Origin: Balanoglossus misakiensis | Lineage: Eukaryota; Animalia; Hemichordata | Direction of reading: 5' to 3' | NCBI GenBank assembly: GCA_040954595.2 | Contig: CM082581.2 | Coordinates: 9,837,878-9,901,877, forward strand | Length of the DNA: 64,000 nt | In this document: piece after piece, positions 39,801-53,800 of the stretch | How positions within the stretch are numbered: the first letter of the stretch is position 1 | Layout of the letters: each line of letters opens with the position of its first letter | Program-made: the position numbers and the translations under genes | Notes under the pieces: model-generated | The model's database searches: none | Seen by the model: the letters and a program-made list of their open reading frames with translations, nothing else | Told to the model about the DNA's origin: nothing

Positions 39801-42800
39801 ACAGTGTATTCGTGAGCATAAGGTTTGTACAAAATGTGCAGCTACCATAATATTTCTGAATGCGTTACTCGACACGGATTAATTTTTTAAATATTTAATA
39901 ATGTACGTTGCCTAATATACTGTGATTACTCAAGCAGAGCGGAGCGAAAAAAATGTCGAAGGAAATTGAAGCTTATACGTTAGAAACTTAATCATCCGTA
40001 AATGTTGCATAATGACAGGTATTCTATGCTTGATATATGACACGTGTCTGTCGGATATTCATTTTGAATCATACCATATTTCAAAGGGTTCAAACAACGC
40101 TGCCGTGTTCGTAAAAAATAGTCTTTAAATTGCCAGTGAAAATTTATCAAAGCCATCGAATAGGAACGGTCACATCTTGTTATTTCATTCAGGCGATGTG
40201 TTGCGCTCAATACCGTACATGGCCAACAATGAACAGACTCTTCCGTTTGCGTCTCATATAGTAAAATATCACAAAGACCGCAAATTACTTCAGAATGAAA
40301 TTACACCGCTAATTAGACTATTAGAAGGAGTAGCCTCTTGGGAATTCTTTTCTCCTCGTCGATGCATGCATTACAAATTGCGACAGTAATTGGCACAGCC
40401 CGCGTTTCAACCCGAAACGGATGTAGTGCGAAGTTCTGGAAACTTTTAAAAAAATCCTTCATTGGAAAGTAGTTTTATCTATTATGCCGCATGGAGGATA
40501 TTACCAGCAAATAGTTCAATTAACACTTCTCTAAGACATTACTTCTCAAGTGAGAAAAAACGCGGGTATAGTTGTGGATGATTTGTGAACTTTTTGTGAC
40601 GTTATAAATAGTGTTGAGGCACATCTTGTGTGATATCTTTGATTGTTAATCACTTGGGCTCGTGTGTCAGAGATTTAACAGTTCTCGTGCAAATGATGAA
40701 AATCTAAATATCTCATTGAAAATAATCTTCCGTTCGTTGGGCCATTCTGCTCTTTTCCTTACGTTCATTTATTTGTCTTCCGTTTCCTGAAGTGGGATAG
40801 CCAAGGCAGAGTGCCCTCTCCTAATTTTACAGTTAACGTCAACACTCTAAAACTAGTTCCTGTTTTGCGCCGCCGTAGGGATTTTTGTCAAAAGAAGCGC
40901 CCAATTATAGAGGAAGGGTGTACATCGACGGCAAGAAATCTAATTTTTGTTGTGATTTATCGTCATTTCCTATTTCCATGGTAACGAGATATTTCAAATC
41001 CTGGGAACAGAAGAAGAAACGTGGCGCACTGATATCAACTGTACTAATGAGCAGTCAAGTTTGTTCGCTATTTATATTTGTATTTCTTGTCAGCGGAGTT
41101 TTCAAAGATTTTTTTTTTAATCAAGCAATTTGATGACGATTTGATGAGCGTATGACGATGACGCGGGTGTGGTCACAAATCATGATCTCCCGTAATGGTG
41201 CAGAATAATGCCAGGAGTGTACACAACTCTCGGCTTTTGTTCACGAGTAAAAACGAGTATTTAGTATTCAGCCAACGTGGTCTAAAACGGATGGATTAGT
41301 ATACGTGTCAATGCACTCGGGAGAACTCCCCCAGGAACGAAACCAGATAGTGTGGGGGGAAATACAGAACTCATCCATCAGTGTTAGCACAGGTTAAAGA
41401 CGTTCATGAACCTTTCAACACAATAAGGACTGCACATAGACAACATGCACACGGAAGAACATAACTTGCGCACTGGGGCTTATTTGCAGCCACATTTGAT
41501 CGTATCGCACACCAAAACGTCACAGCCGTTTGCATGCGAAAATAGTGTTGTGTCGTTGTACCGTTTTTACCGATATACCTTCTCTGAGTAATTGGCTCAG
41601 GTTCTTACATTATAGTTCTTCAAGCTGGAATTTTTGCAAACATCACTTCAAGTAAACTTTGTTCTTTGATAAATAATAATTGAAATGACGCAAATCTGGG
41701 AAGATTTCCCTATAGTGCGAGGTAACTGGTGTATCATGAAAGAAATTATATCAGAACTTTCGTCATATTTAGTTATGCAATGTTGATACTAATGGATCGA
41801 TGTATTAAATTGGTGGTCCCGCTAAGTAGTGGAAAATTAAACTGAAACCCCGTTATTGGATAAACGTCAATTATAGAAATCTGGTGAGACAAATACCTTT
41901 TTGAAGCTACTATAATAAGGCTACAGTGTCATATTGTGCGTGCTTAAAATGTAATAATTACGGTACGCTATGGTCGTTGTGTTCGGCTGTAAGACCACGA
42001 ACTGTAAAATTTAAGTGCATAATTATATCCCCACAGTTAAAGGGGAAAGCTCGAGGGTAATATGGTAACACTTTCCAAATCTAACAAGAACCAGTGACGT
42101 GCGTCTTTGCATGTTGACTGTACACGTCAACTATAGCTTGTGCGCGTTGTCAAATTGTGTTCACCTTTTTCTTGCGTCTCGAAGTGCATTGAGCGTATGT
42201 GCACCATCGACTGCATGTTCGGGTAGATGTCTTTAAGACCTGTGAGATATTATTGTTGACACTACATTTTAGCTGGCGAACGTCACTGCTGACACTAACT
42301 GCGGGTATTAACCTGTTTCGGCTGACATAGCCAATAAACACTAACAAGCTCCGAAAATGTCATATGGAGCGGCACAATTGCAAATGAGTATCTAAAACAC
42401 CGAAAAGGGATCGGATAAAACATCTGAAAATGCAAACAGCTCATCTAATTGAAAACGATGCATATGAGGGAAAGATCGACTGATTTTGGTGTTGGCGATG
42501 AATCTGATATACCGCTCACAACTTTCATTCTTTCAGAATCAATCAACGTCTGGCGTGTCGACAGTAAATGTCAAAGCGTACGCCTACTTCACCATTCTAG
42601 ATTAATGTTTTGCGCAAAACACGGATAGTTCGACCATTGTTGCTATACAGGTACCTCGCTTCCATTAGGTGGTAATTTGTTCAACTTGATATTACACACC
42701 AGTCCAATATGGTGCGCGTTACAGCAATGGAAACTCAAACAATCGCCGGGTTATGCGTACTTTCACCAATAAAGCTTTCCCACTCGAACATTCAAAAACA

Positions 42801-45563
42801 CTTGGAATCATCAGTTCGTGCACACCAATTGCTTTGCAATACGTTTCTGTTGTAAACACATCGAGGTGACCCTGAATGTGGCTTTTATAGTGCCTATATG
42901 GGAAGATATTGCTGGTGATTAAACAAACAGTCTGCAATGTTCGGTTTGGCGGTTCGTTTAGAATAAAGCCCATCAGTTGCGCTGTACGCCCGTCCGTCAT
43001 TTTGAAGCGTTATTGATTTCATCAAATCGTTTGTACGTTGTCATTTTCAAAGGCCAATTGTCGACGGTCATTTTCAAGAACCTGTGATTGCAAGGTGATT
43101 GGTCACTGTTTCTTCATAACGTGACATATGAAGTTTGCTCCGTGCTGGGGCTTTAAATCGCCTGTGTCGGGAAAGACGCAAGCTTATAAAAAATATGGGA
43201 TATATCATGACTTCGATCCAAGTATGGCGCGAGGGCTGAGGAGCTCATCGAAGTGGAAACATATGAGAACGGCTAATCCATGCTATAATACCTTATTTTT
43301 TGCGGATTTTCAATCGCGAATATCCTTTACGTCTCCAGGAGACGGGAGCGTTCGTAACGATGACTTTTTATTTTGGTGTACTTTTCTCATACTTTAATGT
43401 GAGCAGCCTGTATATAAAAGCAACTGTCAGAGTTCTGTCAGAATCGGACTAATTGGTCTCAAAGCATTGTGCGCGGACTGTGCGTGTGTCCTTAATGCGG
43501 GAGGAGGGAGTTTACCTCAGTTCGTGAGCCAGAAGGGTCTTTGGCGCCAATTAAGGGGGAGAAAGGCAAGTACACTCTTGAACTAGAAAAGTATAACATA
43601 TGTATATCAGTAGAGGGAGAAATCCACTGTGCCAGAGGGCGTGGCCACTAATTAGGACATACATATAAGCTCAGTCTTTATCCGTCACGGTGTCTGCTTG
43701 CCATTCTGATGATATTGTCTTGCACGGGGATGTGTGCACTTTATATCTCCTTGAGCTATAAAAGGAGGGGGGGGGGGGGGTAAACCTTTGCTGGGGCGGA
43801 GATTTGGGTGATTTTTTTAACTGGCACCAGGTAATAAGGATGAAAAATCCAAGGGCGTTATATGTCAGTAAACAAATTCAACCTCCTTATGCTGATCATA
43901 ATTTATAAATTCGGGTTTTTATAAATAGAATATCGGTTATTCAGGTTTTCATCACAGGGAAGAAATCACAACAGCCACGGTGCACCTCTAATGAACTCTC
44001 GACCATTTCCAAGGTCACGGTCAAGTATAATCACATTTCCTGTTTGCTACAAGGAAAGTGGTAATACCCAAAGGACTCTCTACCCGTTAGGCGCATATGT
44101 CATTGCGCAGGCCAATCACAGATAAACTGTGGGTCACGTGGATAAATCTGGGGTTGCCAACAGTACGTTAGCTTGTCGATGGATTTTCATTGTTCAACTA
44201 CTTTCTAAGAACGCACTATCTAATAAGCATAAGAAATATACCCTTCGAAATAATCTACGTACGTTAACCTTATCATTACGGAAAGAAAGTTTGTGAAACG
44301 TAAGACACGTCATTCAATATGCAGAACGTTAAATGTTTCATCCTTCAAGAGGCAGATTTCGAACTGGCGGCCTACAGCAGCAATTTGCACAGTAAACGAG
44401 CCATCACGCATAACCACTTCGCCGTTCATCCCAACTAAAAAGTTGGTTCAAATGACAAATTATGTGATTTGTTATTTCAGAGATATTGTTACCGTCGGAC
44501 TTTAGTCTTTACATGATGTGCGACACTCCAGGCAACTTGTATGACTACTAGACATGGCTTCGCAAGACTTTCATCACTCGTCTTGAAACTACCACCATGA
44601 GAATAACGTAGCCGTGTGCCTTTCATTCAAGTTTTAATAACATGGCAGATGTGCAGGTGTTATGCGATTCACCAGGTTATCACTATCAAGGGGTAATCAA
44701 TCCACGCAGTTGAGAGGCTAGATGCAGCACACTAGAGTTGTGTGAACCTTGATAAGCCAGGCAAATGAATCACCGTGCGTCATTCTCAGAGCAGATTAAC
44801 GATAATACGGATCCTGTCACCATAAAAAATTCATTGCCGGGGTAATAGATACAGGCGATGAAGAAAGCTCGGGGATTGGAGAGATAGAGAGAGAGAGCTC
44901 TGACATAACGTTGGTGGCGCTCTTGTAAACAGCAATCGGCCTACCACGTAATGTTGGAGGTGCATTTCCCAGAAAAGAAAAGTTACGAAGACTTACTTTT
45001 TAATATGGTATTCAAGTTCATTTAATCTCAAAAACTGCTGTCTAAAATCTACATTGCTTCTGGTCTTTCCTGAGTACAATGCCTTGGGTAAAGAAAAAAG
45101 TTAATGACCAAATAATTATGATAAAATATGCTCTTGAAACTCTGACTGGAAGATCTTTTCAGCCAAGAAAATATTTAACATACCACATTAGGAACAATCA
45201 GCTTCTTCATATCTATTTTAAAAATCTGTGTGAGATTGGTATGTCACCTGGCGTAGTGGGTATTTTTTTGTCATTTTGAAAGACTCGGGAGAGAAGGAAA
45301 AGAAAGATCTATATGACAATCTGGTATTCTTTTGGTTTCTTAGAAACTTATTTTAGCACATTATCATTTGGATCAATGTTTGGCGTAGAAAGTGTGCAAT
45401 AACTCTGGAGTGGATTGTCCAAATGAGCCAGATATTTGATTTGAAAATTGAAAACTGATGTCTATGCATTGTAAATTTCAAAATATTGAAAGCTGTGAAT
45501 TGTTTGTACTTTGGAGCTGAAAATTGAGTACATAAATTGTAAATAGAATTTCAAAGCATTTAA

Positions 45564-45632
45564 CCCTTCAAACTCTGTTCAGGCACACAGATACCTGAGT
45601 GTCAGAGGTCACTGGGGTCAGAGTTCAAAGGG
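45564..45632. mobile_element. Tiny piggyBac-like MITE remnant flanked by TTAA
   Basis: TTAA|CCCTTCAAACTCTG ... CAGAGTTCAAAGGG|TTAA: 12/14 terminal inverted repeat beginning CCCT, with TTAA on both sides. Confidence 0.55.
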
Positions 45633-45924
45633 TTAATGTGCTTGGAGTTGCAAACTATAGCAAAGAAGGGCACATTGGTGAAGTACACTTTAGTGTAAAA
45701 TGACAAGAGTCTCTTGCAAAAGTACTGCTGATCACTGATTGCATATTATTATGTAATGGAAGTTGTGTTTATTGCAGCACATATCATGGGTGTCCTAGAT
45801 CAAGCATATTTTGCAATGTCCAGAGTGACACGTCCCTTGACACAAGGTCATCATTGCTCCAAGGTCACCAAAGTCCATAATGTAAGGTCACATGGCAATG
45901 CTGGCATGACCTTGATCCCAGGGG

Positions 45925-47309
45925 TCACCACAAGTTCCACGGTGCCATGTTTAAATGATGCATAGGCACACCAGTGATATTGACTGGAATGCTAATGATT
46001 GCTCCTGGCATACCATTGGCTTTTAATGATTTCTTGATAAGGTACCTGTTGACGACAAAGGAAATACGTGATAAAAGACAATCAGTGACTTCATGCGTAC
46101 CACATACTAGGTACTGCACATTATAAAAGCAAGAATCTTTTTTTTTATACTGGGAATTTTTTTAACCCTTACTTACCCATCTTTACCAAGTAAGAAAACT
46201 GCTGGAATGTTCGTTGTTCTGTCTGACTCATCCTGTATCATGTCTATGTACTGCCAGTCATTCTTGTAATCGTGATCGTGGATCATGATGGCAAATGCTC
46301 CGTATCTCTCGGCAACTCGAGTTTTGGAGACAAAAGAACAACCTCTGAAATCAGAATGAAAGGACAGTTAACATGCAGGGTAGCATAATCAGTAATACCG
46401 AACCAAACCAAACTACAAAGCAAATATGTCACATTGATAAGTTCCTCTACTGCATTCTAACCTAGCTGTTATCATGTTACTGATTCATATCCTAACCTAT
46501 GACGTGCTATGGTGGACCTGTATTCAATTATTACCATACAGCAATTCAACCTCAATTGTGTTGAGTCATTGCAAACCAGCAGATGCTCCAAATTTATAAT
46601 TGCTTTTGGGAACATATTTTTTATTCGACATTACTCTCTGCGAATATACTTTATACAATGTATGTGTACACGTACGCAGGATAGCAATTCCATTACAAGC
46701 CATCTGGAAATCAATTAAAATCCCATTAATAGTCTCATTTCAACTTACCCTCTTTCCACAAGGGCAATTGCTCCTCTGATTTCTTCACCATTGTACAGAT
46801 TTGAGCAGGCTTCTGGTGGATCCGTCGGAATCAAATTTATTCTGTAAAAACTTTGCCTCTATAAATCAAAGAAAGATTCCTCTTGGTGACTTTCATTTTT
46901 TCAAACAAGTGACAAAAATAGGAAATCTGACAGAATTACCTTATATTAATACGGTTATACTTACAAAAACTTCTCCAAATGATTTTGCTGGTCTGATTTT
47001 GAATACGTAACTGATATCTGGAGGACTTAAAACTTCAAAAAATAAATTTTCATTGACACTGTATCCTGTAATAGAAACACACATAACAGTGCACCTGAGA
47101 TATGTACACAAGTGAAGGAATGCGCCGTTTACCTGCAAGTTTAAATCCGTTGTATGAAATATTGTATGAACGTCAACATTTTTTTACACTGTTGAGGTAA
47201 ACAATGACCGATCACACTATAAATACATACCTATTGATGACAACGGCAAAACAAGCACGCAAAGTATTACCCAAAGTAGCAGCCGCCCTCCGTCTATCGT
47301 GGTCGCCAT
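45925..47309 (-). CDS. PRADC1: Protease-associated domain-containing protein 1, about 192 aa, 5 exons
   Basis: Exons 47231-47309, 46965-47065, 46749-46858, 46177-46344, 45925-46045. Signal peptide, then LFFEVLSPPDISYVF..PAKSFG, PPEAC, IALVERGGCSFVSK, YIDMIQD, IPAVFLLGKDGY, AIISIPVN and a terminal PWNLW, matching human PRADC1 (..PPWTFW). Confidence 0.95.
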
Positions 47310-47848
47310 TGCGAAAAGCACAAGACAACTTCCTGTTTACGTTTTCCCTCAACATTATGGGTGGGGAGTCCGCTCGTGTGCGTGTACAGATTATAAAACT
47401 TTTGTCAGTTTATAATACATTTTACGACAGTTTCTACGGTTTCAATACGCTAAGATTAAAATTATATAAAGAAATAAAGAGTTTTAATCGTGTTATATTC
47501 GAATGGGATGCATATGACATCCGTAACATGTCCCCTAAGATATAATAGGATCGACCACAACTTCCTGGTATTGCACAGCTAGCTTGGACCTGGAGCTGTG
47601 GAGGTGATAGCGTTTCAGAAAGATGTATTTGCAGCCGGGAATATTCTAAAATGTTCAGTGAATGAACGTACTGGGTATTGCAAGATGTATCGCTTTTGAA
47701 AATAAGGTACTGTGTACGTTTGAAATGTTTATGAGGTCCGTGTATGTACCCAGTAACCATGGAACATGGCAATAGTCATAGTCAAAGATTTCGGCACCTC
47801 ACTTGTACATGTGTATGATCGCTGAAGAGCTACAGCCAACAGTCAGCT
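47310..47848. promoter_or_regulatory. Short bidirectional promoter between PRADC1 and EDRF1
   Basis: Start codons are head-to-head about 540 bp apart. ETS-like ACTTCCTG motifs near 47328 and 47560. Confidence 0.65.
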
Positions 47849-50800
47849 ATGGATGATAAATTCACTGAGCTAACGAAGAGGCCGACGGCTGCAGACGTAG
47901 ATGTAGAAGACGCTGTTGCAAACAAGGAAGAGGAAGTTAGTAACCATGGAAACGTAAGTAAATAATGTCGTATGAGTCTCGGAACATGAGGTCGCTGTTA
48001 TCAGCACAAAAGGCATACTGCAGTATTTCTGAAAACAAGTTCCTCTTTGTCCTGTGCATCTGTGAACTTGGCTGACGTGGAACATTGTTCGTGGATTTGT
48101 CGGAAGGTATGTATGATTACCTACATATATACACAAACAATTATCTGAGATGGGGGAGTTGGTGTTATTCTGTGTTATTTCAGGGAGAGTAGAAGGCTAT
48201 GGTTATTTGAATCATGAATGCAGGTGTACCATGGGAGGGGAATATGCTAATTACCCGACACACAATTAGCATACCCCCCCCCCAACCCATGGTACACCTG
48301 CGTTTCCACAGCTAGATTGACATAATATGCTTTATGATGTTCTAGGAATCTAAACAGTTGACCACCAAGGATGAGATCAAATCCAGTGCAGCGGTCAAAT
48401 ATTCCAGTGTGGAGACTCTGGCCAATTTCTCCAAACTGAAACAAGACACCGATCTGAAGCGACCACCGGCCAATTGGTTACGGAGCTGTTCTAAATTAAC
48501 ATGGGGGACAAGCAGGACAAACTTCTCCAGGTAAAAATATAAAACAACATTGTGGACTAGTGTACGCAAGGAAAATTCGAGTCCACTGTGATGGTCAAGG
48601 GCTGTTTCAGGTGCATGCACATGGCTGTTTCAGCCCTCTGGAGCTACAGTCACTGCACTAGCCTGAACTCTGAAGCTCAGTGTATAATATTTGATCTCTT
48701 GTCTTCATCTTTAGCTTTGGAATGGCAGATTCCTGTCCAGACACTGTTGGTGAAGTGGATGTGATATCAGCATCTGAGGTTGGTCCTACAGCGCCCTCTA
48801 GAGGGCTTCTGGAAATATAGATTTTGCAATGTAGATTTTCACATGAATAAGTTCAGATTCCAAATTGTTTCTTCGTCTCAAATAATGGCTAATCAAAGTT
48901 TCTTTCACCCTTTTTATACAGAATATCAAGACTTTGTTGAAGATTCCATTCAGCAAAGCCCAAGTCAACATTGCCGTACATCGCATTGGTAGAACTCTAC
49001 TGCTAGATGAATTTGATATCTATAGACATTTACTCTCAGCACCTCAGGTATGTTGCAAATTTCTCTTACTCTTATAAGTCCTGAAACTACCCAAAATTGT
49101 TGGATATTTCAAATGAGATGTTGTTTTGCCTGTTTTTGTACTTTTCCAGAGTGGAAGAAATTGGTTGAGGAATTTCATCATCCATCAAATTCACGATGAA
49201 GGCAAAACCAAATTTACAAGGAAGAGGAAAACAAGAGATGACCTGCATAGCCGGAGTTTGCTGTCGAAATTCTTATATTACAGGTAATGTTGTAAATACT
49301 GAGTTGATACAAGATCTGAAAATCAGGGTGCACCTATCAATTTGCAGTTACTGTTAGGAATTTTGCTGTGATACTTGGTATTCAGTGATATGTCATTAAA
49401 ACAGTGAAGATTGAAGAATTGAAAAAAAATCTTCATTGAAAGAGTTGCTGAATTTTTCAATTCATCTTTCTGCCACCCAGCATTGCTTTTGATAGCGTTG
49501 ACAAAGCAGAACCGTATACAGTGGAAGAGCCGGAAGCAGCAACGCCACAGACGAGTGCAGATAGCGCAGAGAGTGAAAGTGACCCAATGGTAATGACCAG
49601 TGAGGGCACATCCGAGGTTAGTGCTTATCAAGTTTGTCTTCTGACAAAAAACAGTTTTGATGTGAGTGTGTTAAACAGAGTTTAAGCTAACATACTCTTT
49701 CTCTTGTTGCAGACGTGTCACAGTGAATTTGCTCGTCAAGTGTTGTGGCATTTTGAAGATATTCAGATGTTGATCGGCTCCGATCTGCCAATTTTTGGTG
49801 GTGGCAAATATCCATGTGTTAGTCTCAGGCTAAGGTAATAGAATATGTAAATACTCACATTTCTTATTTTAATGAGTCCACAAAGTTCACTGTGAGAAGT
49901 ATGAAAAGATAGCCAGGTTTATGCACTGTCTCTCAGATTTTTATTCCAAGTTGGCCTGAAACAGGTTGGCAGTGTCTGTAGGCTAAAATTATTATGATGT
50001 CAAGTGAACAGAGTTCTGACTGTGTTGTAAATCACTCTGTAGTATAAAATGAATGAAATGGCAAGTGTTGAAAGAAGACTGTGATTTCATTCGCACACAG
50101 AGACGAAAACAAACCGATCAACGTGTTGACGGGTCTCGACTATTGGTTGGACAACTTGATATGCAACGTGCCAGAGCTGGCCATGTGTTACCACCTCAAC
50201 GGAATCGTGCAGAGTTACGAACTCTTGAAGACGGAGGAGATCCCGCAGCTGGGAGGCTCCCAGTTTTCGCCCGGGGTAGTCAAAGACGTCGCTCAGAATG
50301 TGCTGTCGTTTATGAAGTCCAACTGCACCAAAGAAGGACATACGTACTGGCTTTTCAAAGGTGAGGCGGGTGTTGTGTTCACTGTAGTAGAGGATGTCAA
50401 AATTGTTGTTTTTGTCAGTTTACAACAGTTACAGAATGGTGTGTGCACTTTCCACATTGATTGTCCTGACTCATACAGCGTAAAGAAATGTAAAAGTCTA
50501 TCTGGATGTTTTTCTCACAGGTAATAACGACGACGTGGTAAAGCTGTACGATTTGACCAGTTTATGTTCAGAGGAAGAAACTCAAGATGCCACTGCCCAT
50601 TCATGGGATAACCCGTTCTCCATCCCAGTCGCAATGCTGCTTTACAAAGTAGCCAGGAATATGACAAAGTCCGAGACTAGTTACAAGTAAGAGAAGTTGT
50701 CCACTTTCATGGTCATTTGTATCATTTTCAAACTTACCTTACATGTATGGTTCACTTCTATGGTACTGTTTTTTTTTTTTAATTTGGAAAAAATGTAGTG

Positions 50801-53800
50801 AAAACTTCAAATTCCAGCTCTGAATTATCCAGAGTTCTGGACCAATTTTAAGTTGCAGATGAACATGTACTCATAATTATATTATAGCGTCATCAATACC
50901 AGTGAATTTTATTGACACTGTAGTGCTCATTCTTGTGTATCATATAAACTGATTCCTGTCTCCATGACAACAGGCACAGAGCTACAATCAGCAAACTGCT
51001 GAGGAACTGTTTGACGCTACTGGACAAAGATAAACATGCACAGGTAAATAATTTTGTTTAGAGTATATGTACCATGCTTTGCCTTGCCCAAGTTCAAGTT
51101 AATCAGAAAATCAATCACTATGATGTTCAAACACTAAACGGTGTCATTTGTAGATTGTAACTTCAGCCAATTACATGCTGTGTGATCTGTACATCTCCGA
51201 CGACCCGCACAAAGAGAAAAGGGATGAGGAGTCATCATCTGATGATAACACAGACAGCGGCAGTGATGGGGAGAAAGATGAGGAAAACAGCCCAGTCTCC
51301 TTGGAAGTGAAGAGTCTATCCCTGCCGTCCAAACACTGGCATTGGAGAGAGAGGGAAAACCAGTCCTCAACGGCTTCTGGTTGCCATGGAAAAACCATTG
51401 AAGAGAAATGCCAAGAAGCAATGATGCACATTGTTGCGGTAATATTTCATCAAGTTTTAGCATTATTGTTTAATTCAGCAATGTGGAATTCAAATTCGAG
51501 GCAAATCTACCGAAACCCATTTATGTGATGTAACAGTAATTTGAAGCACTTCTTTAATGTCTTCACAGGGTCTGACCACCCTAGACAGGGACATTGAAGC
51601 AAACTCAAACATGACCAGAAATTCTGGCCAGTGCGCCATCGAGTTCCCATCTGTCAATCAAGATGACCCCAAACCAGCAAGAACCAATGACAATCCGAAT
51701 GAGACTGGCAGTCAGGATGAAAGTCACAGGCTGACTGTTGCCAAGCGACAGCTGTCTCCGAGTTCGTGGCAGGGTCAACTCAAAGATTCCTTGCTCAGGA
51801 AGGCCAGGGCTGTGTGTTATATCTACGCCGATGTCCATATGAAAAAGAATGAATACAGTGAAGTGTTGAGGCATCTACATCTAGCGCTTCTCTGCCACAG
51901 TGAGTATTTACAACACACTGCAGCTGAAAGAGGCAGACGATTTTGTTGAATTTACATATATAACGGAAGTCATGTCCTCACCAAATCATATAGATAATAT
52001 ATTCTGAGTGGAACTGGCAGTATCATTCTCAGCTCTCAAAATTTCTGTAATGTTTTCATCTCCACTGTCAAATTAACCCTGCCCCCCTTTTCTAGGTGCT
52101 GTTAGCAGCTTTACGCCTCTTCATTCCGACTCGCAATCCAAAGACGAGGGCTTGCTCAGTGCTATCCTCAGATTGTGCGGTGATCTTCACATCATGCTTG
52201 CCGGAGACCCAGACAGCATGTCCAAATGCAAACTCGAGTTCCTGCAGCAAACCAGTGAGGAAAAGATCATCATTGAAAGTGTGAAGAAGGAAGTTAGTTT
52301 TAACAGTGAGTCTTGTCTCTTCTGTTGGTTTTGTTTTCATGTGTGTGAAAGAGGGCTTTTTCCTGGTTGCTTGTTGATTCCGACATTTTGATTATGGGTA
52401 TAAAAGTGTTGATAAAAACAATTACATTCATTTCAAAATGAACCTTTTTATTTCAAAACACACAGATTTTCAGTGGGCTCTGACTTGCGGCGAAGAGGTC
52501 AGTGACTGCCTGCTTACAAGTATCGGTTGCTATGAGGGAGCGCTGGACTTGGCAACGGGTGAAGACGATGCAGAGTACATGATCAACACCACACGCAGAC
52601 TTGGCAATGCCAGGAATGAACTCGGCAAACAGTATATGACAGCCGCAGTGGAGTTAGCTGACTCACAAGCACAAGGTATAGTCAGCGTTATCTGCATGTT
52701 ATCCAAAAGAGTCAAAACTCACATTTTTTTTCAGAGTGCCGTACAGTTACTGTTGTTTCGTACGTGTGAGCAATTATTCTAGTGATATGACCATCACTGT
52801 CGCTTTGCATAGTGAAAGTGATTTGTAATTTGTTTCTCCAACAAGAAGAAAGAAAAAAATGCTCTTATGAAGAACCATTGGTACCTTCTGCCTGATTGGC
52901 TGTAATACACAGAAATGTACCCAATCAGGTAGAGGGTAATAAAACAGCAAATGAAACCTGAAATATGTGACTGGATAAACTTTTCCATCTCTAATATCTG
53001 TTTTTTCCTTCTTTTCCCAAGTTGAAGTCCCGACCACTGCTGAACAGACGCTGTGGAAGAAGAGCTACGAGCAGTTTAACAGAGCCTTGGCTTCATTTGA
53101 AGCCACCAGTGATAATGTCAACCAGGCATTGGTCAACTGCAATGCAGGTCGCTTGATGAGAATATGTGCACAGGCCTACAACTCGGGCAAATTTAGTCAA
53201 CAGGAGAGGTATTACTTCAACAAGGTAAGTCTTTGCCGCGTGTGTTACATGCAAACTTTACAGTCCATTCCAGACACAAACACACTTATTCTGAATGCAC
53301 ACTTGCAAATACATGGCAGAGTATGTGCTAATCTATGTTATTTCTGTCACACAGACATTTTTTTTCTGGCTTACAGTTTGTAAAATGCTAAACCGCATCA
53401 TGTCAGTAATTGTGAATAGAAACATAGTTGAACATAGAAAACCTGTAAAAACCAGCAGCTGGGATCTTTTCCAGATAAAACTGTTATTGTTTTTTTTTTT
53501 CGTTGTGGTTGTCAGGCTATAGATCACTACCACACTGCACTGCGACAGCTCGGTGACAGGAATATGTCATTGAGAGAGTCGATCACTTGGGAGCTGTCTA
53601 CAACTTACTTCACCATGGCAACGCTATTGCAGGACAATGCGCCATTGACTGATATGGCTGAAGAACAGGTGAGTTGTTTGGTGATCGAGTTGAGTTGTAA
53701 CCCAAATGGCTGATTTATGTGAATTTGATCAAAACGGAAATTGAATAACAGAGAATCAGCGCTATAGTAGTTATGAAGGCTGTACAGCGCCACCAAACAA

